From an uncultured Acidobacteriota bacterium (GTDB taxonomy: Bacteria > Acidobacteriota > UBA6911): 64,000 nt of DNA. The notes under the pieces were generated by a model. That model was not told the origin of the DNA. It did no database searches and saw nothing but the letters and a program-made list of their open reading frames with translations. The DNA lies in the NCBI GenBank assembly GCA_963827655.1, contig CAWHCF010000044.1:64001-128000 (forward strand). The letters are read 5' to 3'. The translations under genes were made by a program, and so were the position numbers. Shown here piece after piece: positions 39,521-49,845 of the stretch. Position 1 is the stretch's first letter; every line of letters begins with the position of its first letter.

Positions 39521-40618
39521 ATGCAGATCACGAATATAACTGCTGACCGACGCGAAGACTGGAATGCATTTGTAGCGCGAGAACCATCTTTTGCTCTCTT
39601 ACAATCTTGGAAATGGGGCGAACTCAAAGAAAAGTTGGGCTGGAAGGTTTTTCGAATTGCAGCAGAGGAGGATGGGCAAATTCTGGCTGGCGCTCAGATG
39701 CTTGTTAGGTCTATGCCGCTAATACCGTTGGCCAGTATAGCCTATATCCCTCGAGGTCCTTTAGGCTGCTGGTTGGATGACACAATCAAACCTCAACTGT
39801 TATCCGAGTTCCATCGCATCGCTAAAAATCATCGAGCCGTCTTTCTAAAAATTGAGCCGTCAATGCCAAATGGTCCGGATGTCAATCAGGCGTTGGAACA
39901 GCACCATTTCCAGCCCAGTTTCTATGGCAATCACTCCCGGGCTACTATCATATTGGATTTGAGGCAAGATCTGGATGATGTGTTGAAGCAAATGCGTAGG
40001 AAGACCCGTCAGTACATCAGGCTAGCAACTCAAAGAGGTGTTGTTGCTCGTGAAGGCACCGCAGAAGACTTGCCGGCTTTTTATGATCTGATGAAAATAA
40101 CTGGTAAACGAGCCTCATTCTCTCCTCGCACCTACGATTCCTATAAACTCGAATGGCAGACATTTAAAGAAAACAACCAAGCCATATTACTCATGGCATA
40201 CAAGGACGATCGGTTGTTGGCTGGGCGCATGATCTTTCGCTTTGGCACTCATGCCGCGGAATTTTACGCCGGTTCGTTAGATGAGTATACCGATTTGCAC
40301 CCAAACTATTTACTCGCTTGGGAAGCCATAAAATGGGCCAAGGCCCAAGGTTGTCATAGTTACGACTTGTGGGGTATTCCTCAGGAAGTTGGTCAGGCAG
40401 TATATGATGGGGGAGACCTCCCTACGTCAAATCGCCGAGATGGTCTATGGGGTGTGTACCAATTCAAACGAGGTCTCGGTAAGCGAGTAGTGTTTTATGC
40501 CAAAACGTGTGATAGCGTATATTCACCACTACTATACTGGATGTTGCATAAAGCATGGCCATTGTTTAAAAGAAATGTCCTCCGAATCCTACTGCGCAAC
40601 CGCTCCAATACGGGGTAG
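39521..40618 (+). CDS. FemABX family aminoacyl-tRNA-dependent transferase (GNAT fold)
   Basis: LLQSWKWGELK, YIPRGP, FLKIEP, KTRQYIRLA..RGV, PNYLLAWEAIKWAK..G...YDLWG, GVYQFKRG. Confidence 0.88.
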   Translation: MQITNITADRREDWNAFVAREPSFALLQSWKWGELKEKLGWKVFRIAAEEDGQILAGAQMLVRSMPLIPLASIAYIPRGPLGCWLDDTIKPQLLSEFHRIAKNHRAVFLKIEPSMPNGPDVNQALEQHHFQPSFYGNHSRATIILDLRQDLDDVLKQMRRKTRQYIRLATQRGVVAREGTAEDLPAFYDLMKITGKRASFSPRTYDSYKLEWQTFKENNQAILLMAYKDDRLLAGRMIFRFGTHAAEFYAGSLDEYTDLHPNYLLAWEAIKWAKAQGCHSYDLWGIPQEVGQAVYDGGDLPTSNRRDGLWGVYQFKRGLGKRVVFYAKTCDSVYSPLLYWMLHKAWPLFKRNVLRILLRNRSNTG

Positions 40619-40817
40619 ATGATAAAGAAGGTTGATTATTGTTAGCGAGGACAAGATTGGAAACCGTTTGCTGCGAATGTCAGACAGGTTAGGCTATGAC
40701 ACTCGGTCAACCTCTTGCGGCCAGCAGGTCACCCAATATCTAACTTCCCGGCGGCGGTTTCGAGCCGGATTTTCAACAGCCGTCACCGCAACATCCGGAC
40801 ATGCCAGACGGCATGCC

Positions 40818-41006
40818 TGGACTTTCCTCGATTTGACGGAACCCCTCCGAAGCAAACTCAAGACGACCAAAGCGTGGATTTACGGCCGCCACGACGGAGC
40901 TCATTGGTCCGGGGCTGGCAGTCTAATTTTCGCAGACGTGCTGGCCACAGAACTCCTTCGGGTTATCGGTCCGACGACACCGCCAAAGCGCCTGAAAAAA
41001 ACCTGA
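40818..41006 (+). pseudogene. 3' remnant of an SGNH/AlgX-like gene (relic 2)
   Basis: WTFLDLTEPLRSKLKTTKAWIYGRHDGAHWSGAGSLIFADVLATELLRVI with a DxxHW motif; no N-terminal GDS block upstream. Confidence 0.65.
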
Positions 41007-41171
41007 TAAACCGGCAGCCGACTCTAAACTCTTCTTGTCTACCGAGAAGCCGTCAGACCGCGCGGCACGTTCAAGTAGTTGCAACTAAGGGCGGGTTATC
41101 GTCTCTTATGGAAGTGCTGAACGTCGTTGATCTGAGCTGCACCGTGACGCGTACGACCCGATGTTGATACT

Positions 41172-42068
41172 ATGTCCGACCGAAAACCATTGATAAGCAT
41201 AGGAATGCCGGTATACAACGGCGAAACCCATTTGTGCCAGGCTCTGGATTCCCTGCTCGCCCAGAGCTATGAAGACTTCGAGATACATATCTCCGACAAT
41301 GCTTCGACCGATCGCACGGGCGAAATCTGTCGTTCCTACCGATCGATCGACAAGCGCGTTCACTACCACTATGATCCCAATCACGTCGGAGTACTCGCTA
41401 ACTACCACCGCGCTTTGAATCTGACGTCGAGCGAATACTTCATGTGGGCGGCGGCCGATGACTGCTGGTCGGCCAACTACGTCGAGACCCTGATGGAATG
41501 CCTGCTGGCGCGACCGGAGGCAGCGCTGGCGGCAGGCCGCACCCTCTATATCGACGGAAAAGGCAACCGGCGCACGTCCGACCCGGACGACGCTCCGGCC
41601 CGTAATCCCGGCAACGGAATCAGCACGGCCAGGCAGCTGCTTGAACAACATGCCGCAGGATGGTTGCACGGCGTATACCGACGTGACCCATTGCTGAAGT
41701 CTCTCCCCACGTTTCTTACGACACATCCATGGGGGAGCGACGTCGTCTTTTTATTGGAGCTGTGTCTTACCAGCGAAGTCACCGGCTCCGACACCGCAGT
41801 CATGTACAAACGCGTCTCGGATCTCAATAACAGCCATGTCACCTTACCCAAGACGCCACGACAGATTGTCGGATGGCAATGCGGGTACGCAGCCGCTCTG
41901 ATGCGGGTCATCCTCAATAGCCCGATCTCTGCGAAGGAAAAACAGGATCTGATCAAGACATACTTCTTTTATCTAAAGAGGCTCTACTTCTGGAGTGGTA
42001 TGACAACGTGGCTCAAGACGTGGATCAGAGCCGGGGGTCACTGGCTGATTCGAATCGATCGAACCTGA
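41172..42068 (+). CDS. GT2 family glycosyltransferase
   Basis: ISIGMPVYNGE, SDNASTD, YFMWAAADD. Confidence 0.9.
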   Translation: MSDRKPLISIGMPVYNGETHLCQALDSLLAQSYEDFEIHISDNASTDRTGEICRSYRSIDKRVHYHYDPNHVGVLANYHRALNLTSSEYFMWAAADDCWSANYVETLMECLLARPEAALAAGRTLYIDGKGNRRTSDPDDAPARNPGNGISTARQLLEQHAAGWLHGVYRRDPLLKSLPTFLTTHPWGSDVVFLLELCLTSEVTGSDTAVMYKRVSDLNNSHVTLPKTPRQIVGWQCGYAAALMRVILNSPISAKEKQDLIKTYFFYLKRLYFWSGMTTWLKTWIRAGGHWLIRIDRT

Positions 42069-42086
42069 CATTTTATAGAGAACAGA

Positions 42087-43082
42087 ATGCCAAGCAATCC
42101 TTCACTAACCGTAGTGTTGCCCGCCCACAACGCAGAAGCGACGATTGCTCCTGCGATCGCGAGTACTCTGAATCAGAGCTACTCGGATTTTGAATTGTGG
42201 GTGCTCGAAAACGGGTCCACTGACGCCACGGCGGAAGTAGCAAAGTCGTTCTCAGACCCGAGGGTGCGGGTTTTTGAGCTCGGTCCCGTAGGATTCCAAG
42301 GGGCGCTGCAATACGCCATCGAGAATTCAGAGTCGGAGTGGCTGGCGCGCATGGACGCCGACGATCTGATGTTTCCCCACCGGCTGAAAGTGCAGATGCA
42401 GGTCATCGCGCAGCATCCGGAGCTCGTCTTCGTCGCCAGCCACTATGCCCTCCTGACGCCTTTTGGCAGCATGTTCGAGCGGCTCTTAACGGTTCCGTCG
42501 AGCGAGGTCGATAGTTCGAGACTGAGCAAAGGCCGCTTTTTCGCCGATCCGTCCACGATCTTTCGGCGCCAGATAGCGCTGGATGCTGGCGGTGTCGACC
42601 CGGAATTTACCTCGGGCGACGTTCCGCTGTTGTTTCGTCTGTTAAGCGTATGGGAAAGGGTTTGAAATCGCTGAACCGCTTTACCTCTATCGCATCCAGC
42701 CGAATTCGATGTGCCGAAGCACAGACTTTCGGCGCCAGGGACTTCGAGCGCGCGCCAAGTATGCCCCTGAAACCGTCGATCCTTCGGCACAAGCCAGGGA
42801 CGAAGTCAGCGCCTGGGCTTTTATTCTAGGGCTGGAGCTCTTGGCCCGGAATGGACCGGGTGTCCGCCAGGCGGCGGACTACCTCGAAGCAAACAGGAAC
42901 AAAGGCGAATTGGGCCAGATGGCTGAGCTACTTCCCGACGGCTGGGCTATCAATACTACAGATTGTGGGACTGCTCCGGGTTCCGGTACCGGCACAGGCC
43001 CGATTGGGAAACTCTTTTCAAGCCTCTTATGGAACCGGAGCCGCGCGAAATCCCCGGACGTACGCTCGTTGAAACTTGTTAG
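42087..43082 (+). CDS. GT2 family glycosyltransferase, frameshifted (~42650 and ~42900-42940)
   Basis: VVLPAHNAE, ENGSTD, ARMDADD; continues as EPLYLYRI.. and finally ..RHRPDWETLF..ETC* at 43082. Confidence 0.75.
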
Positions 43083-43083
43083 T

Positions 43084-44169
43084 ATGAAAAGTGCTTCGGG
43101 CGAAATCTCCTCATTCGTCGGATCAAAAGTGAACACCAATAGCAATCAACCCATAGAGAACCAGGACACTTCGTGCCTGATCGTCGCAGAGGTGGCTCAG
43201 GCACACGACGGCAGCCTCGGCATGGCCCACGCCTATATAGATGCGGCAGCAAACGCCGGAGCCGACGCAATCAAGTTCCAGACCCATATCGCCGCGGCGG
43301 AATCGACTCCAGGAGAGCCGTGGCGCGTAAAGTTCAGCCCGCAGGACGCGACCCGCTACGACTACTGGAAGCGAATGCAGTTTACCGAAGACCAGTGGCG
43401 AGGTCTCAAGCGCCACGCTTCGGAGCGCGGCTTGAAGTTTCTCAGCTCCCCTTTTTCTCTCGAGGCTGTACAGCTCCTCAATCGTGTAGGAGTCACAGCC
43501 TGGAAGGTGGCTTCCGGCGAGGTTAACAACACCTCGATGTTGCAGTGTATGGCTGCCACGGGTCTGCCCATACTTCTGTCGACCGGGATGAGTCCTCTGC
43601 CCGAAATCGATTTCGCTGTAGATCGAGTGAAGCAATATGGCCTGCCCCTTACGCTGCTGCAGTGCACCACGGCCTACCCCTGTCCGCCGGAAAAGGTCGG
43701 GCTGAACCTGATACCGTTTTTCCGGGCGCGTTATGGCTGCCAGGTCGGCCTGTCGGATCACTCGGGAACCATCTACGCCGGTCTTGCGGGCGCCGTTCTT
43801 GGGATCGCTGTTCTGGAAGTGCACGTCACTCTCAGCCGGGAGATGTTCGGACCCGACGTTCCGGCCTCGATTACGACCACCGAGCTGCGCCAACTGGTCG
43901 CCGGCATCCGCTTCATAGAGAAGATGATGGCGAATCCGGTCGACAAGGATGCCATGGCAGTGGAGATGGCGCCTTTGCGGAACCTCTTTACCAAGAGCAT
44001 TGTTCTCTCATCGGACTTGCCTGCGGGCACCGTGCTGCGAAAAGAACACTTGACCATCAAGAAGCCAGGAACCGGCATTCCCGCCGACAGGCTACCCGAA
44101 CTCGTAAGCCGCACGCTAAAACGAGCGGTAACCGCTAACAGCTTGCTTTCGGAAGACGACCTTGCCTAA
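43084..44169 (+). CDS. neuB: Nonulosonic (sialic) acid synthase
   Basis: IVAEVAQAHDG, GADAIKFQTH, SSPFS, KVASGE, STGMS, QCTTAYP, GLSDHS, EVHVT, C-terminal SAF domain KKPGTGI. Confidence 0.92.
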   Translation: MKSASGEISSFVGSKVNTNSNQPIENQDTSCLIVAEVAQAHDGSLGMAHAYIDAAANAGADAIKFQTHIAAAESTPGEPWRVKFSPQDATRYDYWKRMQFTEDQWRGLKRHASERGLKFLSSPFSLEAVQLLNRVGVTAWKVASGEVNNTSMLQCMAATGLPILLSTGMSPLPEIDFAVDRVKQYGLPLTLLQCTTAYPCPPEKVGLNLIPFFRARYGCQVGLSDHSGTIYAGLAGAVLGIAVLEVHVTLSREMFGPDVPASITTTELRQLVAGIRFIEKMMANPVDKDAMAVEMAPLRNLFTKSIVLSSDLPAGTVLRKEHLTIKKPGTGIPADRLPELVSRTLKRAVTANSLLSEDDLA

Positions 44170-45421
44170 TTCGCTACGCCGTAAAATATGTGTTGTTCTG
44201 GTTGACCGGGCTAACTATGGCCGCCTGAAGCCGGTCATGAAGGCTATCGCAGACCGGCCAGAGCTTGAACTCCAGGTTCTTGCCGCCGGAACGATGGTCC
44301 TGGAACGCTTTCAGCAGCCTGTGCACGTTGTGAAACAGGACGGCTTCTCTGTGGACGGCGAGATCTACATTGAACTGGAAGGCTCCACCCCGGCCACCAT
44401 GGCAAAATCCGTCGGTTTCGGCGTCGTGGAGTTCGCAAGCGAGTTCCAGCGGCTCAAACCGGATCTGGTGCTGGTCATCGGCGATCGATACGAGGCGCTG
44501 GCGGCCGCTATCGCTGCTGCGTATATGAACATCTGTATCGCCCACATACAGGGTGGCGAGGTTTCCGGATCGATTGACGAAAGCGCGCGCCATGCGATCA
44601 CACGATTTGCGCATTTCCATTTTCCGAGCACGAGGCGTTCCGCGGAGTATCTGGTTCGCATGGGAGAAAATCCGAAGACGATTCTCGCCCTAGGGTGCCC
44701 CAGCAGCGATATCGCTCGCGACCTCGATCGAACGCTTCCGCCCTCAGCGATCAATGCCCTGGGCAGCGGCGCGGCGATCGATCTCTCCGATGCGTTTCTC
44801 CTGGTGGTCTTTCATCCCACGACCACGGAATACGGAGGAGAGCGCCGGCAGATGGAGGAGGTTCTCGAGGCCCTCGATAACATCCAGCGTCAGACCGTTC
44901 TCCTCTGGCCGAACATTGATGCCGGAGCCGATCACATCAGCAAGGCGATTCGAACCTTTCGCGACCGGGTGAAACCAGCCTGGCTCCATGTCATAACGAA
45001 CCTGAGCCCGGAGGATTATCTGAAGGTGCTGGCCCATGCCTCCTGCGCCGTCGGGAACTCCAGCAGCTTTGTGCGCGATGCCAGCTATTTCGGAACGCCG
45101 GTGGTTTTAGTGGGAAACCGGCAGGATGGACGCGAGACCGACCAGCACGTCATGCCCGTGCCTCCTCTGGCCGCGGAGATCACTGCCGCAATACGCGAGC
45201 AACTTGCGCATGGACCCTATGCTCCCAGCAGCCTTTACGGAGATGGACATGTCTCCGAACGAATTGCCGAGGCGCTCAGCCGCCTCACTCCCTATGTTCA
45301 GAAGCGCCTGAGCTACATGGGGCAAGGTAAAGCCGAGTTTGTCGAGCGCGCTTCCCAAACCACGGATCTCAAATCGAGCGACGATCTTGCCTCAAGCTGG
45401 GCGCTGCATTCTTCGGATTAG
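44162..45421 (+). CDS. neuC: Hydrolysing UDP-N-acetylglucosamine 2-epimerase
   Basis: RANYG, GDRYE, HIQGGEVSGSIDESARHAIT, FHPTT, PNIDAG, GNSSS, GNRQDGRE, YGDG. Confidence 0.92.
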   Translation: MPNSLRRKICVVLVDRANYGRLKPVMKAIADRPELELQVLAAGTMVLERFQQPVHVVKQDGFSVDGEIYIELEGSTPATMAKSVGFGVVEFASEFQRLKPDLVLVIGDRYEALAAAIAAAYMNICIAHIQGGEVSGSIDESARHAITRFAHFHFPSTRRSAEYLVRMGENPKTILALGCPSSDIARDLDRTLPPSAINALGSGAAIDLSDAFLLVVFHPTTTEYGGERRQMEEVLEALDNIQRQTVLLWPNIDAGADHISKAIRTFRDRVKPAWLHVITNLSPEDYLKVLAHASCAVGNSSSFVRDASYFGTPVVLVGNRQDGRETDQHVMPVPPLAAEITAAIREQLAHGPYAPSSLYGDGHVSERIAEALSRLTPYVQKRLSYMGQGKAEFVERASQTTDLKSSDDLASSWALHSSD

Positions 45422-45435
45422 CGGGATCGCGCCTT

Positions 45436-45487
45436 TGGAGTGCGCAAGCTTGCTTGCGCCTTGTGCAACGGCAGCTTGCTGCCGGTT
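45436..45487. repeat. REP-like double hairpin
   Basis: GGAG-T-GCGCAAGC-TT-GCTTGCGC followed by CGGCAGC-TT-GCTGCCG. Confidence 0.6.
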
Positions 45488-45515
45488 GTAAGAAATGAAT
45501 GGGATCAGCGCTCGA

Positions 45516-46223
45516 ATGAAGGTTCTGGCAATTGTACCTGCGCGCGGCGGATCGAAAGGGATTCCGCGCAAGAATATCGCGCCCCTCATGGGAAAGCCGC
45601 TCCTGGCCTATACGGCCGAAGCGGCCCGGGCCGCCGGGCGTTTGACCCGGGCGCTTCTCTCAACTGAGGACGAAGAGATCGCTCGCGTAGGACGACAGTA
45701 TGGTCTGGACGTGCCGTTTCTGCGGCCGCCGGAACTGGCGCGCGACGATACTCCGACGATCCCCGTATTACAGGACGTGGTTCGGAAGCTTGAAGCCGTG
45801 GGGGATCGTTACGATGCAATCTTCGTGCTCCAGCCGACCAACCCGCTCCGGCGAGCGCAAGACATCGACGGCGCCATTGAGCTCCTGGAACGCACAGGCG
45901 CAGATTCAGTGATCTCGTTCGTTGATGTAGGGGAAAAGCATCCGGCCCGAATGAAGATCGTTACTGCCGAGGGCAGGGTCATGAATCCGTCTTTCGCCGA
46001 GCAATTCGAGGGTCAGCCCAGGCAGGCTCTCTCGAAGCTTTATCTGCGCGAGGGCTCGATCTACCTTACCCGCAGGTCCGTACTCATGGATCAAAGCTCG
46101 ATTCAGGGATGCGACTGCCGGGCCTGGCTCATCCCCGAGGAACGAGCGTGCAACATTGATAACCCGTTTGACCTTTTTCTGGCTGAACAGATCATGAGGT
46201 ACCATGCCGTCCAAGCGACCTAG
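45516..46223 (+). CDS. neuA: Acylneuraminate cytidylyltransferase
   Basis: IVPARGGSKGIPRKNI, STED, PFLRP.ELA.D, LQPTNPLR, NIDNPFD. Confidence 0.92.
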   Translation: MKVLAIVPARGGSKGIPRKNIAPLMGKPLLAYTAEAARAAGRLTRALLSTEDEEIARVGRQYGLDVPFLRPPELARDDTPTIPVLQDVVRKLEAVGDRYDAIFVLQPTNPLRRAQDIDGAIELLERTGADSVISFVDVGEKHPARMKIVTAEGRVMNPSFAEQFEGQPRQALSKLYLREGSIYLTRRSVLMDQSSIQGCDCRAWLIPEERACNIDNPFDLFLAEQIMRYHAVQAT

Positions 46224-47199
46224 AATCCTCGTCGCAGAATCGAGCGGATTCTGTCCGAGGGCGGCAGAACTGCTGCGCGAGGCCGGTGACCTGACCCTGG
46301 CCGACCTCGACCGCAACGGTCTCCTGGCGGCTGTCCGCGACATCGATATTCTGTGGGTCCGCCTTCGGCATCGGATCGACCGCCAGCTTCTCGACGCGGC
46401 GCCCGAGCTGAAGATTATTGCGACGCCCACAACCGGCCTCAATCACATAGATCTGAACGAGAGCAGCGACCGCGGCATCCAGGTCCTGTCTCTTTCGGGA
46501 GAGACCGCCTTTTTGAACGACATCCGCGGCACTGCCGAGCACACCCTTGCGTTGATGCTTGGCCTGATCCGTCACCTCCCGGCAGCCGCGACCCACGCCC
46601 GATTCGGCGGCTGGAATCGAGATCGGTTCAAGGGCCGCGAATTGCATGGCAAGACAGTTGGAGTCGTCGGTTATGGCCGGCTCGGGCGTATCGTGAGCCG
46701 ATACTTGAGAGCGTTTGATACGGTCGTCCTGACCGCGGACCCGGATATCACCCCGGCATCGGTCGAGCCGCCGGTCATGCTGGTTCCGCTCGCCCGATTG
46801 CTTGGCGAATCGAACCTGGTGACACTGCACGTGAACCTCTCGGAGAAGACACGCGGGTTCTTCGGGCGCGAGCAATTCTCGGCCATGAAAGAGGGCGCCT
46901 GGTTTATCAATACCTCCCGCGGAGAATTGGTCGATGAGACGGCGCTGCTCGATGCCCTGAAATCGGGGCATCTGGCCGGGGCCGCCCTGGATGTGATTTC
47001 CGGCGAGGGTTCGGAGCGGATGGAGAATCATCCAGTCGTGGCCTATGCCCTTGAACACGAGAACCTCATCCTGACGCCGCATATTGGCGGCTGCACCGAA
47101 GAGTCGATGGCGCAGACCGAAGTGTTCCTGGCAGAAAAAGTCCTGATGTTTTCAAAATCCTTCGCCTTTGCTTGGCGACTTCGACACGACGCCCCATAG
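46204..47199 (+). CDS. D-isomer specific 2-hydroxyacid dehydrogenase
   Basis: TGLNHID, AEHT, GVVGYGRLG, INTSRG, AALDV..E, TPHIGG. Confidence 0.9.
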   Translation: MPSKRPRILVAESSGFCPRAAELLREAGDLTLADLDRNGLLAAVRDIDILWVRLRHRIDRQLLDAAPELKIIATPTTGLNHIDLNESSDRGIQVLSLSGETAFLNDIRGTAEHTLALMLGLIRHLPAAATHARFGGWNRDRFKGRELHGKTVGVVGYGRLGRIVSRYLRAFDTVVLTADPDITPASVEPPVMLVPLARLLGESNLVTLHVNLSEKTRGFFGREQFSAMKEGAWFINTSRGELVDETALLDALKSGHLAGAALDVISGEGSERMENHPVVAYALEHENLILTPHIGGCTEESMAQTEVFLAEKVLMFSKSFAFAWRLRHDAP

Positions 47200-47234
47200 A
47201 AACGTGAAGTGATGAATCCCGGAGCTTCTCCCTT

Positions 47235-48703
47235 ATGAGTTTATCTTTGCAGACTGATTCTGACGCGGCTACTGCTGAAGTCGCGGCTGCCCGCGGCACC
47301 AACCCTAACCCCAGGGTCCTCGTTTCGATTCCCAGCGGTTTCCAACTGCGCCAGTTTGTTCACTCCGGCGTCCTCGATCTGCTGCTAAAGCGCGGTTTCC
47401 AGGCTCTGATCGTGAGCCCGAACGGGATCGGACGAGGGCTTTGCCGAGCAAGTTGATGAGCGCGGCGTCGAAGTCTGCGCGGTAAATCTTAATAATCAGG
47501 GACCGCTGAGCTGGCGCTACTGGCTGGCACGTCACCAGATATTGCTGAATGGCCAACCAACCGAAACCATGCGCCAGGCAATGGTGGATTTCCGGAAGCG
47601 TCATTTCGGGCTCGCCCTTGACGGCCGATATCTGCAACGCCCTGATGCGCCTTTTTCCCGGATTGCGAAAAAAAGCTCTTCAATGGGAATACCTGCTTCT
47701 TCGGCGCGCAGACCTGGAAACCCTCCTGTCGACGAAGCCAGTCGACCTGATCCTTTTAGGAAGTCCGGGGTTCATGGAGCAGGACGCGCTCCTGCTGCAT
47801 GCCGGCGTCCGGCGAGGAATTCCGGTGGCGGCCGCGATCATGAGCTGGGACAATCTTTCCTCAAAAGGCCTGATTAACCCTCACCCGGATCGCCTCCTGG
47901 TCTGGAGCGATTACATGAAGCGCGAGGCGGTGGATCTTCAAGGATTTTCAGCGGAACGCGTGGTCGAGACCGGCGCGCCGCTCTACGATATCTTCGCCAA
48001 CGCCCGCAGGTTTGGTACGCGCCGCGAGAATCTGGAGGGTCTCGGGCTCGATCCAGAACGGCGGTTGATTTTCTACGGCACCAATCACGCCGCGTTCTTT
48101 CCCGATGAGATCGAGGTGGTCAAGCGCGTGGCGCAATGGGTCGAAGAGGATAGCCTGGGAAAGCCTTGCCAGCTCGTAATCCGGCTTCATCCGCAGGCAA
48201 TCACGGGTCCATACAAACTTCAAACCGACCCCTACCTCAGCCTGGCATCGAACCGGGTCAAGGTCGAGTTTCCACCGGTTCGCAATAGCAGCCTTCCCTG
48301 GGAGCTTCCGAAGAGCGATATCGAGCACCTCGTGAGGCTGTTACGGGACGCTGACGTGGTCATTAACACGGCTTCGACCATCTCGATAGATGCAGCGGTC
48401 CTCGACCGTCCGGTGGTCTGCGTCGCTTACGACCCGGCCGGCGATCTGCCCTACGAGAAGTCTGTGCGTCGTTATTACGACTTCACCCACATGGCGAACG
48501 TCGTTCGGGCCGGAGCAGCACAGCTCGCCAAATCGCCCGAAGGGCTGCGCGAAAAGATTGTTAACTATCTCGAAAAACCCGACTTGGATCGCCCTGGAAG
48601 GCAACGCATCGTCAAGCAGCAGTTCGGGCGCGTAGACGGGCTGAGCGCGGCGCGCCTGGTCGAGCAAGCCGCGGCATTGATCTCGAAGGGAAAAACGAAA
48701 TGA
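47235..48703 (+). CDS. Putative GT-B transferase (CDP-glycerol glycerophosphotransferase-like, candidate nonulosonate transferase), frameshifted near the 5' end
   Basis: SWDNLSSKG, LLVWS, TGAPLYD, IRLHP, DVVINTASTISIDAAVLDRP; N-terminus spread over ORFs 47235, 47542 and 47549. Confidence 0.6.
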
Positions 48704-49815
48704 AGGTGCTGGTAACGGGAGGAGCCGGGTTTATAGGTTCGCACCTCGTGGACGGGCTGCTTGAGCGCGGATACGACGTTCGGATTCTCGATGCCCTGGT
48801 TCCGCAAGTACACGGGACAGAAAGAAAGCGGCCGGCCTATCTCGATCCCCGGGCGGAGCTTCTGGTCGGCAGCATCGAGGATGCCGCTTCAGTATCGCAG
48901 GCCCTGCAGGGCGTCGAACGCGTGATACACCTGGCTTCCGCCGTCGGGGTCGGGCAATCGATGTACCAGATCGTCGACTATTGCAGAACCAACGTCATGG
49001 GCACTGCGACGTTGTTGCAGGCCATCGTCGATTCCAAGATACCTCTCAAGAGCCTGGTAGTAGCGTCTTCAATGTCGGTCTACGGGGAGGGGCGGTATCG
49101 CGCCGGCGACGGGGAGCTCGTCAATCCGGAACTTCGCAGTGAGGCACAGCTGGCAGCAAGCGACTGGGAAATGCGCGACCAGGCCGGAAATGCGCTTCAG
49201 CCGGTTCCCACGGATGAAGCAAAACCGCTGGCGCCGGCATCGGTTTACGCGATCAACAAGAGGGATCAGGAAGAGATGTGCCTGAAAGTTGGCACGGCCT
49301 ACGGCATCCCGACTACGGCCTTGCGTTTTTTTAATGTCTATGGTTCCCGCCAGGCGCTCTCGAACCCCTACACTGGAGTGGCGGCAATTTTCTGCGCCCG
49401 GCTCCTGAACGATCGACCTCCGCTGGTATTCGAAGATGGTTTGCAAAGACGGGATTTCGTCCACGTGCAGGACGTCGCGCAAGCGATTATTTCGGCGGCC
49501 GAGAAACCTTTACCAGGCGAGGCCATCAATATCGGCTCGGGAACGGCGGTCTCGGTGATCGAGATCGCTGAGATGCTGTCGTCCGAAATGAAGAAAGATA
49601 TCAGCTCCCGCATCCTTGGGAAGTACCGCAACGGCGATATCCGTCACTGCTTTGCGGATATTTCGAAGGCGCGGCAACTGTTAGGCTGGATCCCTTCCAG
49701 GGCGTTCCGCGACGGGATTCCGGAGCTGGTGGAATGGGTGCAATCGCAGCGGGATGCGCGCGACGGCGCTGAAAGCGCCTGGGGCGAATTGCAACAACGC
49801 GGGTTGTTGTCGTAA
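48700..49815 (+). CDS. NAD-dependent epimerase/dehydratase (extended SDR)
   Basis: VTGGAGFIGSH, SSMSVYGEG, YAINK, RFFNVYG, FEDGLQRRDFVHV. Confidence 0.92.
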   Translation: MKVLVTGGAGFIGSHLVDGLLERGYDVRILDALVPQVHGTERKRPAYLDPRAELLVGSIEDAASVSQALQGVERVIHLASAVGVGQSMYQIVDYCRTNVMGTATLLQAIVDSKIPLKSLVVASSMSVYGEGRYRAGDGELVNPELRSEAQLAASDWEMRDQAGNALQPVPTDEAKPLAPASVYAINKRDQEEMCLKVGTAYGIPTTALRFFNVYGSRQALSNPYTGVAAIFCARLLNDRPPLVFEDGLQRRDFVHVQDVAQAIISAAEKPLPGEAINIGSGTAVSVIEIAEMLSSEMKKDISSRILGKYRNGDIRHCFADISKARQLLGWIPSRAFRDGIPELVEWVQSQRDARDGAESAWGELQQRGLLS

Positions 49816-49845
49816 GCAGTTTTTGGGCAAGAGAAAGGCCTGTTT

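Noticed and set aside
42709-44169. NeuB with a 125-aa N-terminal extension
   Set aside because: The extension is the frameshifted tail of the upstream GT2; NeuB plausibly starts at ATG 43084
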